Positions 12,362 through 24,244 of a stretch of DNA of 30,632 nucleotides are shown piece by piece. Each line of letters starts with the position of its first letter. Positions within the stretch are counted from its first letter, which is position 1. Location: contig NW_021823633.1 of the NCBI RefSeq assembly GCF_006345805.1, positions 1 through 30,632 of the forward strand, given 5' to 3'. The stretch comes from Octopus sinensis (lineage: Eukaryota). The notes under the pieces are model-generated. The model saw only the letters and a program-made list of their open reading frames with translations, did no database searches and was not told the origin of the DNA. Position numbers and translations under genes: made by a program.

Positions 12362-12599
12362 ATTTTGTTGAATTTTCTGCTGCTTAAAATACAGTATAAT
12401 ATATATATATATGTATGTATAACACTTATACGTGGATATGCTGTATAAATATTTGGATATATGTGTGAATATATATATATATATATGTGTGTGTGTATAT
12501 ATACAGAGAGAGAGGAGAGAGAGAGAGAGAGTAAGAGAGAGACACAGAGACAGAGAGAGAGACGCAAGCATGGTTTTATGATTAAGAAGGTCAATTTTT

Positions 12600-12728
12600 A
12601 ACCACATGATTGCGGGTTCAGTCCCACTGCTAGGTATTTTTTACATGTGTCTTCTATTATAGCATCAGGCTAATCAACGCCTTCTGAGCGAATTTGCAAG
12701 ACGGAAAGTGTGCGGAAGTCCGTCGTTC
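12600..12728 (+). mobile_element. SINE type 1, diverged 5' part
   Basis: aaccacatgattgcgggttcagtcccactgc...gacggaaagtgtgcggaagtccgtcg. Confidence 0.7.
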
Positions 12729-12752
12729 TTAGAAATATATAGATGCATATGC

Positions 12753-12912
12753 GGAACTCCGTCGGTTGCGACGACGACGGTTTATAGTTGATCCGATCAA
12801 CGCAACTGCCTGCCCGTGAAATTAACGTACGAATGGCTAAGCACTACACAGACAGGTGTACCATTAGCGTGGTTCTCATGGAGATTCAGTGACAAAGCTA
12901 GCCTTTGGAAAA
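12753..12912 (-). mobile_element. Interspersed repeat segment (type 4), second copy
   Basis: ggaactccgtcggttgcgacgacgacgg...gttgatccgatcaacg...gtgaaattaacgt matches 17430-17594 in the opposite orientation. Strand is assigned relative to that copy. Confidence 0.75.
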
Positions 12913-12980
12913 CTAATATACATACATATATATATATATATACACTCACACTTATATATACAGCCACGCACTCGCGTACA

Positions 12981-13045
<65 letters not shown>

Positions 13046-13204
13046 ATATATATATATATATATATATATGAAAAATCAACGAAAATATATACATTTAGAT
13101 GGACTGAGGTAGTCATAAGACTACCTCAGCCCTTCTAAATGTATATATTTGTCGTTACCTGTCATAAAAAGCCTTTTTTTTTATTTGCAATGTGCATTTT
13201 TACT

Positions 13205-13355
13205 ATATATTCTCTTCCTTCAGTAGAACCGCTCACAGCCTCTAACAATATCAGAGACCCGGGTGTAATTGTTGATGACGATCTCAGTTGGAGTGCACAC
13301 ATCAAGAAGAAGGTCGATATAGCTCGTAGGATGTGTTCCCGGATCTTAATCTTTG
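13205..13355 (+). pseudogene. CR1/L2/Jockey-group LINE reverse-transcriptase fragment
   Basis: Reads NIRDPGVIVDDDLSWSAHIKKKVDIARRMCSRIL, matching the RDLGV.VD..L.W..HI motif of the RT C-terminus. Confidence 0.8.
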
Positions 13356-14574
13356 GTCGAAACATATCTAAGTTTATCTAAGTTTATCTAAGTTTATATA
13401 TATATATATATATATAATATACACATATACCGCTTCAAAATCTTAATATCACGTGTTCTGTCCCCTTGTTTGATTTCTGGGGCATGTCGGTGTTTGTAAC
13501 GATAACACTCGGCCAACCAATATTCTGTGAATTTGTTTAGCAACAACTGGGGAATCGTGTATGTTATGAACGCACATCGCCAAAAAGGTGTAGGTGTTCT
13601 CCGGTGACGGAAAGCAACATCGATCAATTATTTACCCTTGGATCTGCGAGGACGTACTAAAAATCAAAGAATTATTTTAAATTAGTCAAATTTATACTTT
13701 CCCTTATACCTAGCGGATATATTTGGTTGCTTTGAACGAGCTGAATTTTCAGCTACAAAGAAAAGGTGTAAATTTATTCTCTCATTAAGACATAAAGTGC
13801 TGCCTGACGAAAAGTTAAAACCGTGGATTGCAGGAAATTATAAAATTTCATTTCGTTTTCCATCTCTTAATGCAAAGCCGGGAGAAATGAAGCTATTCCA
13901 ATTGAAATTATTGATCACTTGAGACGGGGGTGGGTAAAGAAAAAATAAAAAAAAAACACCCACAAAACAAACAAAAATGAAAGCAAAAGCCAAACGAATA
14001 AACTCCATCATTAATTTTAACGCCATTTTTCAGCATGTACGTGAGTTAGCGAATTCTCTCTTCACATGCATTAAGGAGTCCTGCTATCATCTGCATTAAC
14101 TTACATGTGTAAAATTGGATTTTCGTGTGTGATTCAAATTAAATCCAAACAGATAGAATCGTTCTTGTAGTCGAAGATGGTATTCATTGCAAATTTCCAA
14201 ACTCCAGTACAAACATTGATTCTCACGCAAACGATAAAAGAATTTTAAAATACTATCCCTTGGTGTTAACACTGATGGCAACAAATAGAATTCACAAATG
14301 GAAACGACAATGTCTCATATTTTCTCATGAATATAATAAAAATAAAAATAAAAAAAAAAAGACTGAGGCAAAACAATTGAAACAAATAAAGAAATTGATG
14401 AATCCATTTTCCTGCATCACAAAATGTGCATTCTTCATTATTGTCACGTGTACATAATGCGATTGAAAGAATTATGAAGTGACTTGTGGTGGTGGGGGGA
14501 GAAGGGATAGTTATGTAAATGCCCCATTGTTGGTACTCGCATCAGAACAATTTGAAGAGAGACAAGGGGCGTAC

Positions 14575-14719
14575 TCGATCCCAATGTTATTTCGATTATC
14601 GATTTGAAAGGATAAAATTCACTGTTGACGCAGGTCGGAATTGAACTCAGATTGCAGAGAGATAGAACGGTGGTGCAAATCTTTTTTTATCCGCATGTAA
14701 TGTTTCTGTCAATTCGACT

Positions 14720-14720
<1 letters not shown>
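14575..14720 (-). mobile_element. SINE type 2, strongly diverged
   Basis: cgatcccaatg...atcgatttgaaaggataaa...ggaattgaactcaga...tttctgtcaattcg. Confidence 0.45.
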
Positions 14721-14775
<55 letters not shown>

Positions 14776-15280
14776 ATCTAGTAATTACCTCGCTATATAT
14801 ATATATCTATATATATAATATATTATATATATATATATATATATAATATATATACATACCATATATATATGCATTCAAAACACAAAACTACCATAAACAT
14901 ACATGTATAACAGAACATACACAACAAATATATACATTATTATGTGTATATATGTATGTACATATATATATCCATATATATGTATATATATGCATACACA
15001 GACGCACACACATATATTTATATATATATACATACACATGTTCATATACATGTTTATGTATTTATGTGTATATAATATATATATATATGTTTTTGTATGA
15101 TTATATGTGTTTGATTGTGTGTGTGTGTCTGTGTATGTGTGTGCGTATGTGCATGTGTGTGTGTGTGTTTGTATATATATATATATTTACCTAACAAAGC
15201 GTAAATATGAAGAACTGCAATAAATTTTAAGTATTGCAATGCCTTATTTTAGGTTAAAAATGAATAAAAATATGAAAATA

Positions 15281-15522
15281 TTTCCTCCGATGACCCGTTT
15301 CATCGCTTATTGTCTTCTCTTCAGGGACGATGTTTCCATCATAAATCCCCAGTGAATAACAAACGTCTTTGCTATTGAGTGAGGATAGAGGACAGGCATG
15401 TCTTCTCTGAGGAGCGGCCAATATTCAGTGAAACGGACATTCAAGAGACTCACCTGCTTTTGTACACTTATATATAGTTTAGAAGGAATAAGTTTACATT
15501 CGACCACATTCGGGGGTATCAT
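15281..15522 (-). pseudogene. Decayed Penelope-like element 3' end: GIY-YIG endonuclease remnant followed by a degenerate hammerhead
   Basis: The ORF contains NVVECKLIPSKLYISVQKQVSLLNVRFTEY, resembling the NVVY..C..C.KLYIG.T.R.L..RF.EH pattern. It is followed by CUGAAGA-N16-GAAAC-GG-GUC at 15324-15292. Confidence 0.5.
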
Positions 15523-15711
15523 AATACACTAGCACACACACATACAAACACACACACACACACATGATCCTTCACTTATTGCTGGGACTGAGCGAGTGAA
15601 GCTTGAACTGGCACCGGGTGAGAACTATTGTTTTGCAGGAAAATGGAGGGGTCACATTATGTACACTTCCCTGAACTACTCGCTCGTGTCGCACCAATCA
15701 ATATAATCCTA

Positions 15712-15770
15712 TTCTTACTACGACTACTACTACAACTACTACTACTACTACTACTACTACTACAACCACC

Positions 15771-15813
<43 letters not shown>

Positions 15814-15884
15814 TTACAACTACTACTACTACTACTACCACCACCACCACCACAACACCACCACCACAATACTACTACTACTAA

Positions 15885-15922
<38 letters not shown>

Positions 15923-16880
15923 ATAATAATAATAATAATAATAAAAAAAGATATTTTTTCTTCTTAATCTCCTTCCTCCTTTCTGTTCCTTCTTCCTCTC
16001 CTTCTCCTCTTCACCACTTCCACATCCGCCTCTTCCCTCTTCCTCCGCCTACGCCTACCCACGACCGTAAACCAGCAATGTGAACCACTGACCTCAATTT
16101 GTTTGTGTGGAAAAGTACATTTTCCACTCGGTCGAGTTTGTTTGTGAGCGTCCGTGTCGCTGTCGTCGCCGTCATCACCACTACCACCATCATCGTCATC
16201 GTATCATCATCATTATCATCATCATCATCGTCATCCTCGTCGTTATCATCATTATCACCATCATCATCGTCAGCATTATTGTCAAAAACATGATCTTTAT
16301 CATCATCGTCATCATTCTAGTCATCATCCTTGTCATCAACATCATCATCATCGTCATCATCATTACCACCATCGTCATAATCACCATCAATATCACCATT
16401 ATCATCATCCTTGTTCTCCTCTCCCTCCTAATCTTCATCATCATCATCATCAATATCACCATTCATTGTCCTCCCCCTCCTAATCTTCATCATCACCATC
16501 ATCATCATTGTCCTCCTCCTCCTCCTCCTCTTAATCTTCATCATCATCATCATCACCATCATCGTCATCAGCAATTGCATGAAATTCTAAGAGTTTGACA
16601 AAAGCCGCTGCCAGCGTATCCACCACAGCCACCACCACCACCACCACACCACCACCACCACCACCACCACCACCCCACCACCACCACCACCATCACTACC
16701 ACCACCACCATCACTACCACCACCACCACCACCACCACCACCACCACCACCAACACCACCACCACCACCAACACCACCACCGTCACCTTCACTACCACCA
16801 CCACCACCACCACCACCACACCACCACCACCACCAACACCACCACCACCACCACCACCACCACCGTCACCTTCACTACCG
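15712..16880. repeat. Trinucleotide mosaic (CTA/CCA/AAT, then CAT, then CAC)
   Basis: Direct inspection; source of the homopolymeric ORFs in the track. Confidence 0.95.
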
Positions 16881-17230
16881 TCGCCGCCGCCCTTCACACC
16901 ATTAGCGTTTCTGCTATCGTTCTCACCATCTTCTTCATTATATTTTATCTTCATCAGAAGCAACGACAATAAAAAACGACCGAAACAACAAGAACAACAA
17001 TATAAACGTTAAGAACATTAAAGCACCAAGAATGACAGCACCATCACCACCACCAACAACAACAACAACAGCAACAGCATATAGAGTGGCATCGGCAATA
17101 ACAATAACAACGGAAAGAAAAATAAATGTCCAGGGAATGACATCATCTCACTCAAATCACACACGCAATCGGGTTGGGAAAAGGAAAGATATATTGCGTA
17201 AAATAAACATGATGGCCATGACAGGAAATG

Positions 17231-17410
17231 TTTTTTTGGTTCCTTCTCGAGCCATGCCTGGCTCATAAGGGCCGGTTTCCGGGTTTCCTTGGCGTATAGG
17301 TTCCCCACCTGGACAGGACACCGGTCCGTCGCAGGTGAGCTGCAAGATGCAGGAGGAAAGAGTGAGAGAAAGTTGTGGCAAAAGAGTCAGCAGAAGTTCA
17401 GCATTACCGT
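17231..17410 (-). mobile_element. SINE 3' part with a V/Meta-type core (type 3)
   Basis: Minus strand ctgcgacggaccggtgtcctgtccaggtgggg...ggaaacccggaaaccggcccttatgagcc resembles the conserved core of V-/Meta-SINEs (recalled, not searched). Confidence 0.55.
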
Positions 17411-17594
17411 CTGTTGTACCTGTATTTCAAAGGGCCAGCCTTGTCACATTGTGTCACGCCGAATCTCACCGAGAACCACGTTAAGGGTACACGTGTCCGT
17501 GGAGTACTCAGCCACTTGCACGTTAATTTCACCAGCACCCTGTTCCGTTGATCGGATTAACTGGAACCCTCGTCGTCGTAACCGACGGAGTACC
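17411..17594 (+). mobile_element. Interspersed repeat segment (type 4, probably a SINE 3' tail)
   Basis: Reverse-complement homologous to 12753-12912 (cgttgatcggat.aact; gtcgtcg.aaccgacggagt). Confidence 0.75.
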
Positions 17595-17788
17595 ACGACG
17601 AATACTCTTGTGTTTTTCTTAGTCACAACATATGAATGAGTAAAGAAGGAAGGATAGATGAATAAGGAAGGAAGGGGTGGTGACAAACTTGGTAGTGGGA
17701 TGATGGAAATTGTACGGTGAAAAAATCAAACAGCGTTTCAACTCTGTGTGAGTATGTGTGTATGTAAAAGGGAGGTATTTGAATGTTT

Positions 17789-17819
<31 letters not shown>

Positions 17820-18309
17820 GAAGTGGGATGGTGAACATTCAACGCTGAAAAGAAAAACCAAACAGCGTTTCAACTCTGTGAGAGTATATGTGTGTAAGTA
17901 TGTGCGTGCAGAAGGGAAGCAATGTGAACGTTTGTATGTTTGAACCAGCGTTCTTTCAGTAACAAACGATAATCGATGTCACATCTCAAAATACAACCAC
18001 GAGATAACACTGAGAAATGTATCAATTTAAATTACCATCCATATTCTATCTTTCGTCCCTATTTATATGTAAAATACTACAATTAGCCGTCATTTTTGAC
18101 AGCACGGAGCCAGCTAATTACAATATTATAATTAAGACAAAAACATTCTCATAACAGGTCTATAATCCTTTATTCCTGTTTTTTTTTTCTCAGAGCCTCC
18201 AAGCTTGGCAGAAGGAAAGACGGAATTTATTCTCAAACCAGAGATTGTATATGGATGCTTGTAGCAGACTGAGCAATGTTAAAATGTACTCACGATACCA
18301 GGCTGTTTA

Positions 18310-18676
18310 TCTTTTACTTGTGTCAACCATTGAACTACGGCCATGCTGTAGCACCGCCTTGAAAGGTTTCAGTCGAATAAATCCCCCCTGTACCTATTTT
18401 TAAAACCTGGTACCTATTCTATAGCTCTCTTGCGCCAACCTGCTAAGTTAGGGGGACGTAAGAAAACCAACACTAGCTGTCAAGCGGTGGGAATGACAAA
18501 CACAGACTCAAAGACGCACACATACAGACATATAAGCGACGGGCTTCCTTCAGTTTCCGTCAACCAAATCTACTCACAAAGTTTTGGTCGTGCCCAAGTT
18601 GCCACACAGTGGGACTGAACCCAGAACCATGTGGTTGGGGCATATAACTATTTACCACACAACCACATCTGCGCCT
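18310..18676 (-). mobile_element. SINE type 1, diverged near-full-length copy
   Basis: Colinear with 11401-11759 (cagtgggactgaacccagaaccatgtggttgg; cttcagtttccgtcaaccaaatc). Confidence 0.85.
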
Positions 18677-18986
18677 ACTGGAATTCATTCTTCTACTTAT
18701 ACCATTATTGTTCTTACCGTTGTTATGGAGTCAGGATGTTAAGGGCTGATGGCGTATATTTAGAGATTTGGTCTGAGTGATTGTAACAAAGTTATTCTTA
18801 ATGCCATGGATCAATGGTGTTTATTCAAGACACCTGGCCTGAATCTCTTAGCAGAATGAACTCTGTAAAATATCTCCAAGATGGTAGAAGGTGATGTTAA
18901 ACTAGTGACCTGGGACATTTAGTAGATTCACTAAAGTAGAAACAACAGCAAACTAGTGGCTTGTAGTTAAGCAGTGACCTGTTGTT

Positions 18987-19232
18987 AATCGGAAGGCATG
19001 GAGATCCGTATGTGACGCTGGGGTAGGGCGTTTTGAAACGCAACGTAGGAGACTGTACGAAGAGAGCAGGAGATGACGTCACAAACCCACCGCGGTAGCT
19101 TTTTGTGTGTGTGTGAGGGGGGGGGGGTCATGCTCAGTGCCCTGTCTTGTCGGTGACATCTGCTCCCATGGGAAACAATCCGCTGGATGCGGAGGAGGAG
19201 CGATGTCCCGGATCGATGCAGTCATCACCTTT
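18987..19232 (+). pseudogene. Decayed RTE-like LINE C-terminal fragment
   Basis: Reads NRKAWRSVCDAGVGRFETQRRRLYEESRR*RHK, then GCG..SRI; resembles the RTE-type R..WR..G...FE..R and C..C....SRIGL.SH motifs. Confidence 0.55.
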
Positions 19233-20044
19233 GATGGGCTGTCATAAGAAAGCAGAAGTAAAGTCGTGAACAACTGTAAGCTACTGACCAGTAAACCTGT
19301 GGAGCGCATTCGGATCGGGAGCATTCGGGCCAGAATGAGCTCCGTAATAGGCAACCAAAATGCAGGGACCGATGGTGCTTTACAGAGTGCTGGTCTGTAA
19401 ATGTGTAGCAGTGTGAACTTTGCTAAATGTACTCAAAAAGCCAAGAGATGATGTTAAGCCTACTACAAACTATGTCTACGATTCAAGAATTCAGGATGCA
19501 AGGATGGGAATAAATACCAGAAGGTAACCAGTCAGGTAGTCTACCAATTCTAGTATTCCCTCATTCTGCGACTGGTACTTTATTTATCGAACATCGTCCC
19601 CTACGGTGGGAGGTAAGGAACGACTGAGTTACGTGCGATTCATCGGAAGAAATAGGGCAAGCTTCCTTTGTTTTGTGTGACGTCCAGCCGCACCTATCTC
19701 TGACAATCCTGCCATTCCCACTCCCTGCTACTTTTTTATCAACGTCGAAAGGGAAGAGTGCAAAGGGAACCTCAGTAGGAATTGAACTCATTATGAAGGG
19801 AACCGTAAGAAGTACAGCTCGGTACCACGTCGGCGGCGGCGGTGTTAACAGAAAGACAACCAAACACGCGTATATATTCATTTGCAGACAAGGACACCGA
19901 CAAGAACATACTTCTGCTAGCAGAGACGGAGCTCGATTCCAAATCGGTGGATTCCAAGCGGTAATTCTTTGGGTAAATAAAAAGGAAGTTCAAAAGTCTT
20001 GGAATGGAGGAAAAGAGGGAGACCTTGGGCGGTAGTGAAGATGG

Positions 20045-20272
20045 GGCGAGCTGGCAGAATCGTTAGCACGCTGGGCAAAATGCGTAGCCGTATTTCGTCT
20101 GCCGTTACGTTGTGAGTTCAAATTCCGCCGAGGTCGACTTTGCCTTTCATCCTTTCGGGGTCGATAAATAAAGTACCAGTTACGCACTGGGGTCGATGTA
20201 ATTGACTTAATCCCTTTGTCTGTCCTTGTTTGTCCCCTCTATGTTTAGCCCCTTGTGGGTAGTAAAGAAATA
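20045..20272 (+). mobile_element. tRNA-derived SINE type 2, full length, with a 14-bp target-site duplication
   Basis: A-box-like TGGCAGAATCGT and B-box GAGTTCAAATTCC. ggtagtgaagatgg is repeated at 20031-20044 and 20273-20286. Confidence 0.92.
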
Positions 20273-20307
20273 GGTAGTGAAGATGGAAAAGGAGAGGAGA
20301 AAGTGAA

Positions 20308-20357
<50 letters not shown>

Positions 20358-20979
20358 CGAGAGAGGGTAGGGAAAGAAAAGGGAAGTGTCAATTTATAAC
20401 GCATGAGACGTTTGGGCACTGCATTTTCGCGCCGCTCACTCGACGCTGAATTCTTTGACATTAGACGTTTGCATGTTCCTCTCATACTACGCCATATCTC
20501 TCCGCTTCTCTCCCTCTCTCTCTGTTTATGTGTGAGCATCTAGTTATATTTCTATGTATGGGTAGTCTCTCTCTCTCCCTCAGTCACTTAGATTCCATCT
20601 ATCCGCGTGTGTGAGTGCGTGTGTGTGTTTGCCTCCAGTGCTAAAAAGTACTGTCGACGGAAAAGGTTCAGTGTCCAGTCTGTGATGTCAGATCATCAGT
20701 GTTTAATCAACTGTAACTAACTATCTTCTTTGCCAACAGATTTTATGGTTACTTAAAAAACTCTTCAGACAAATACTTTGTGTATTAAATTACGTTTCTT
20801 TGTGAACCGGTTGTAAGTTCTGCCGCGGACTACATTGCTGTTTAGCCCTCACAGATCGATAAGGTAAATACTAATGATTGCTGGTGCAGATTAAATCGAT
20901 TAACACTTTTTCTCAAACCTCTGCAGCTTTCTAACCGCACTAAGAAATCGTATATATAAACGATCAACTAGCGATAATG

Positions 20980-21310
20980 CACACACACACACACTAACAC
21001 AACACAGACACTCACTAACACACACACACACACTCACTAACACACACACAAACACTCACTAACACACACACAAACACTCACTAACGCACACAAACACTCA
21101 CTAATACACACACACACTCACTAGTACACACACACACACACACTCACTAACACACACACAAACACTCACTAACGCACACACTCACGAACACATACACAAA
21201 CACTCACTAACGCACACACACACTCACTAGTACACACACACACACTCACGAACAAACATACAAACACACGCACGCACACAATCACACGCACGCACACACA
21301 AACACACACA
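20980..21310. repeat. Minisatellite of ~20-nt cactcactaacacacacaca-type units
   Basis: ctcactaac/ctcactag/ctcacgaac recurs about every 20 nt. Confidence 0.85.
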
Positions 21311-21315
21311 CATTT

Positions 21316-21451
21316 CCTTCTCAACCACACTGCCCTGTGTTCAATGTCAATTCGCGCTACCTTGGACAAATGACTTCTACAATAACCCCGGACAAACCTA
21401 GAACCTTGAGAGTGGATTTCGTTGAAGTAAACTAAAGGACGCTCCTCGTAA
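21316..21451 (+). mobile_element. SINE type 1, strongly diverged 5' part
   Basis: caaccacactgccctgtgttcaatg...ccttggacaaatgacttctac...ccttgagagtggatttcg. Confidence 0.55.
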
Positions 21452-21452
21452 C

Positions 21453-21545
<93 letters not shown>

Positions 21546-21689
21546 TAATCAAAATGTACAGTATTATATATCCATTACGGCCAATATTACCTATCAGTTT
21601 CGCACTAGGTGTTCAACGGAGCGTTAAGTAACAGTACGATTATGTAACCCTGCACTCTTCAGAGCTGGCAGTTAAGGAGTGAAGTATGG

Positions 21690-22072
21690 CGACTGCAATC
21701 TATTGTTTTATGGCGGATCTATATATGACCCTGTAATCTGGATAGAGTAACGGCAGATTTTTCAATAGTTCAGGATAGGTATTCTCTGATCTTCAGCTGT
21801 ATGTTAACATCTGCAAGGCAGCTAATTTCCACAAATATGCACAGTTTCTCTTCTCTATCCCAAATTATCACATCAGGTCTGTTGTGCTTACATTTTATTG
21901 AGGTCTTCACTGGTATATTCCACCAGTATTCCTTTTATTATGAGTGGCTATATCTTCTACCATATTTTAGAATTTTATTTATTTCTCCTCGGGGTTATCC
22001 TTCCGACGATTTTCCTATAGAGTGTCCCGGTTACAACTCATGTCACATAGGTCGATAATACCTTGATATCTT
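21690..22072 (-). pseudogene. Decayed RLE-type LINE fragment (third family)
   Basis: With stops and frameshifts, the minus strand gives SRYYRPM*HE.. and KEYWWNIPVKTSIKCKHNRPDVIIWDREEKLCIFVEISCLADVNIQLKIRE..ENTYPELLKNLPLLYPDY (RPD..E..K RLE signature). Confidence 0.8.
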
Positions 22073-22074
22073 CA

Positions 22075-22091
22075 TATATATATATAGTATA

Positions 22092-22134
<43 letters not shown>

Positions 22135-22154
22135 TTAATAATATATATGTATTC

Positions 22155-22203
<49 letters not shown>

Positions 22204-22298
22204 GTAATACATACATACATATATATATATACAAATGATAGTATATGTATATATATATATAATATATATATATACTATATATATATATATATTAAGAC

Positions 22299-22333
<35 letters not shown>

Positions 22334-23664
22334 CATACATATGTTGCGGGTGTGCGTATACATCATATAATTTTGTTGTAATAATCACATCTCATTTGCC
22401 TGCTTGTAAGCATTTATGGAGACTCACAGCCTGAGGCACAAAACAGACACAGTAAAAGTATTACCACGCGCACATACACACAGCACGAGAGAGAGAGAGG
22501 GGGGGAGAAAGTGAGAAGGAAAGAGAAAGATGGAGTGGATCTGATTGAGAGGTTGCCAAGGAGAAGGAAGATGAGAAAGGAATATGAAGTTAGCAGAAAA
22601 ATAAAAAAGCGACAGTTAACAAAACGAAAGTAAGAGAGTGAGAGAGAGAAAGAAAGAGAGAGAGAGAGAGAGAGAGAGGGTGAGAGAGAGACAGAGAGAG
22701 AAAGAGGGAGAGAAAGAAAGGAGAGAGAAAGAAAGAGAGAGAGAGAGAGACAGAGAGAGAGACAGAGAGAGAAAGAGGGAGAGAAAGAAAGGGGAGAGAG
22801 GGAGAGACAGAAAGAGAGAGGGAGAAAGGGAGAGAGAGAAAGAGAGAGAAAGAAAGGGGAGAGAGGGAGAGCGAGAGGGTGAGAGAGAGACAGAAAGAGG
22901 GAGAGAGAGAAAGAGAAAGAGAGTATGAGAGAGAGAGAGAAAGAAAGAAAAGAGAGGGAATGAGAGCGCATGTGCACGCACATGTGCAGAGTGCGCCTGT
23001 GGGCGTGAGCATGTGTGTATGTGTTTGCGATGGTGCGAACACGTTTGAGTGAATGACAGTGTGTGCATGTGTATGTATATGTGTATGTGTGTGTGTGTGT
23101 GTATGTGTATATATGTGTGTGTGTATGTGTGTGCATGTGTATGTATATGTGTGTGTATGTGTGTGTGTATATATGTGTGTGTGTATGTGTTAGCATGTGT
23201 ATGTATATATGTGTGTGTGCATGTGTGTGTATGTGCGTGTATGTGTGTGTGTGTGTATGTGTGTGTATATATGTGTGTGTGTGTATGTGTGTGCATGTGT
23301 ATGTATATGTGTGTGTGTGTATGTGTGTGTATGTGTATGTGTGTGTTTATATGTGTGTGTGTATGTGTGTGCATGTGTGTGTGTGCGTGTGTGTGTGTGT
23401 GTGTGTGACACACAGACACACATGCAAGGTACCAGAGGTGAGGCGCCTACTGTACAGATGAATGAGTCCAAAATCAGCTTAGTTATGCAGAGTCTCAACT
23501 GTTCAGAGATTGTTGTTAACGGATTAAGGGCGGGAAACTCAACCCCCACCCCCACCCAGCCTACTCCAGCTCTCCCTCATCTCGTTCTACCTGCATACAC
23601 AGGCACAGGCACACTCTCAGGTCTCGTGCTCATGCATGTACTTATCCTTTTATTCACGTTACAC

Positions 23665-23703
<39 letters not shown>

Positions 23704-24165
23704 TATAGGTGAGAACAAACGAACACAAAGTGTTCCATAGATCTGTGTGTGCATAATATATATAATATATATATATATATATAATATATATATATGACAG
23801 TGTTTGTGTGCATATATATGACTGTGTATATATGTATATATACATATTTATATATATATATACATACATAAACACACATACATATATGTATGTGTATATA
23901 TATATATATACATATATGATGTATATATATATATATATATATAATATATATATATATATATGACAATGTGTGTGGATATAAATTACTGTGTATATATGTA
24001 TACACACACACATACATATATGTATGTATGTATGTGTATATATATATATATATATATGTATATATAATATATATATATATACACAGTCATTTATATATGT
24101 ATACATATATAATAATAATAAAATAATAATAATAAAATAATAATAATAATAATAATAATAATGAT
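22075..24165. repeat. TA, GA-rich, TG-rich and TA microsatellite blocks ending in (AAT)n
   Basis: Direct inspection; short unique islands at about 22340-22620 and 23420-23660. Confidence 0.9.
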
Positions 24166-24244
24166 AAAATGTAATAACAGATGTGTGTGTGCGTGGGGGG
24201 GGGGGCGTATTTCTGTGTGAATGCGCGCGCTTTTTTTTGTTTGT

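Larger units (their letters stand above)
11874..12388. mobile_element. Palindromic Penelope-like terminal-repeat element (family 2), with a hammerhead in each arm
   Basis: Near-perfect inverted repeat 11953-12148 / 12191-12388 with a 42-nt AT-rich spacer. The left copy appears to extend to about 11874. (TA)n flanks both sides. Confidence 0.75.

Noticed and set aside
12753-12785. Possible HDV-like or twister ribozyme at the end of the type-4 repeat
   Set aside because: Folds only as a simple hairpin; I could not find the required pseudoknot elements.
13710-13752. 43-nt minus-strand candidate micro-exon (ctttgtAG...ag|GTataa; ENSARSKQPNISA)
   Set aside because: Its phase does not follow the 25256 exon and it has no recognisable sGC similarity; needs RNA evidence.
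13800-13845. CUGACGA hammerhead-like heptamer
   Set aside because: No pairing stem II or properly placed GAAA/NUH.
14105-14271. Minus-strand open frame between an acceptor-like site and a GTAAGT donor
   Set aside because: No similarity to the expected sGC continuation in any frame.
17695-17915. Two-copy ~128-bp local duplication (caaacagcgtttcaactctgtg)
   Set aside because: Ordinary microsatellite-associated tandem duplication; similar small duplications occur at 6992/7168 and 23790/23954.
20655-20705. Minus-strand CUGAUGA followed by a UCUG/CAGA hairpin
   Set aside because: The hairpin is followed by CUGG rather than GAAA, so the core is incomplete.
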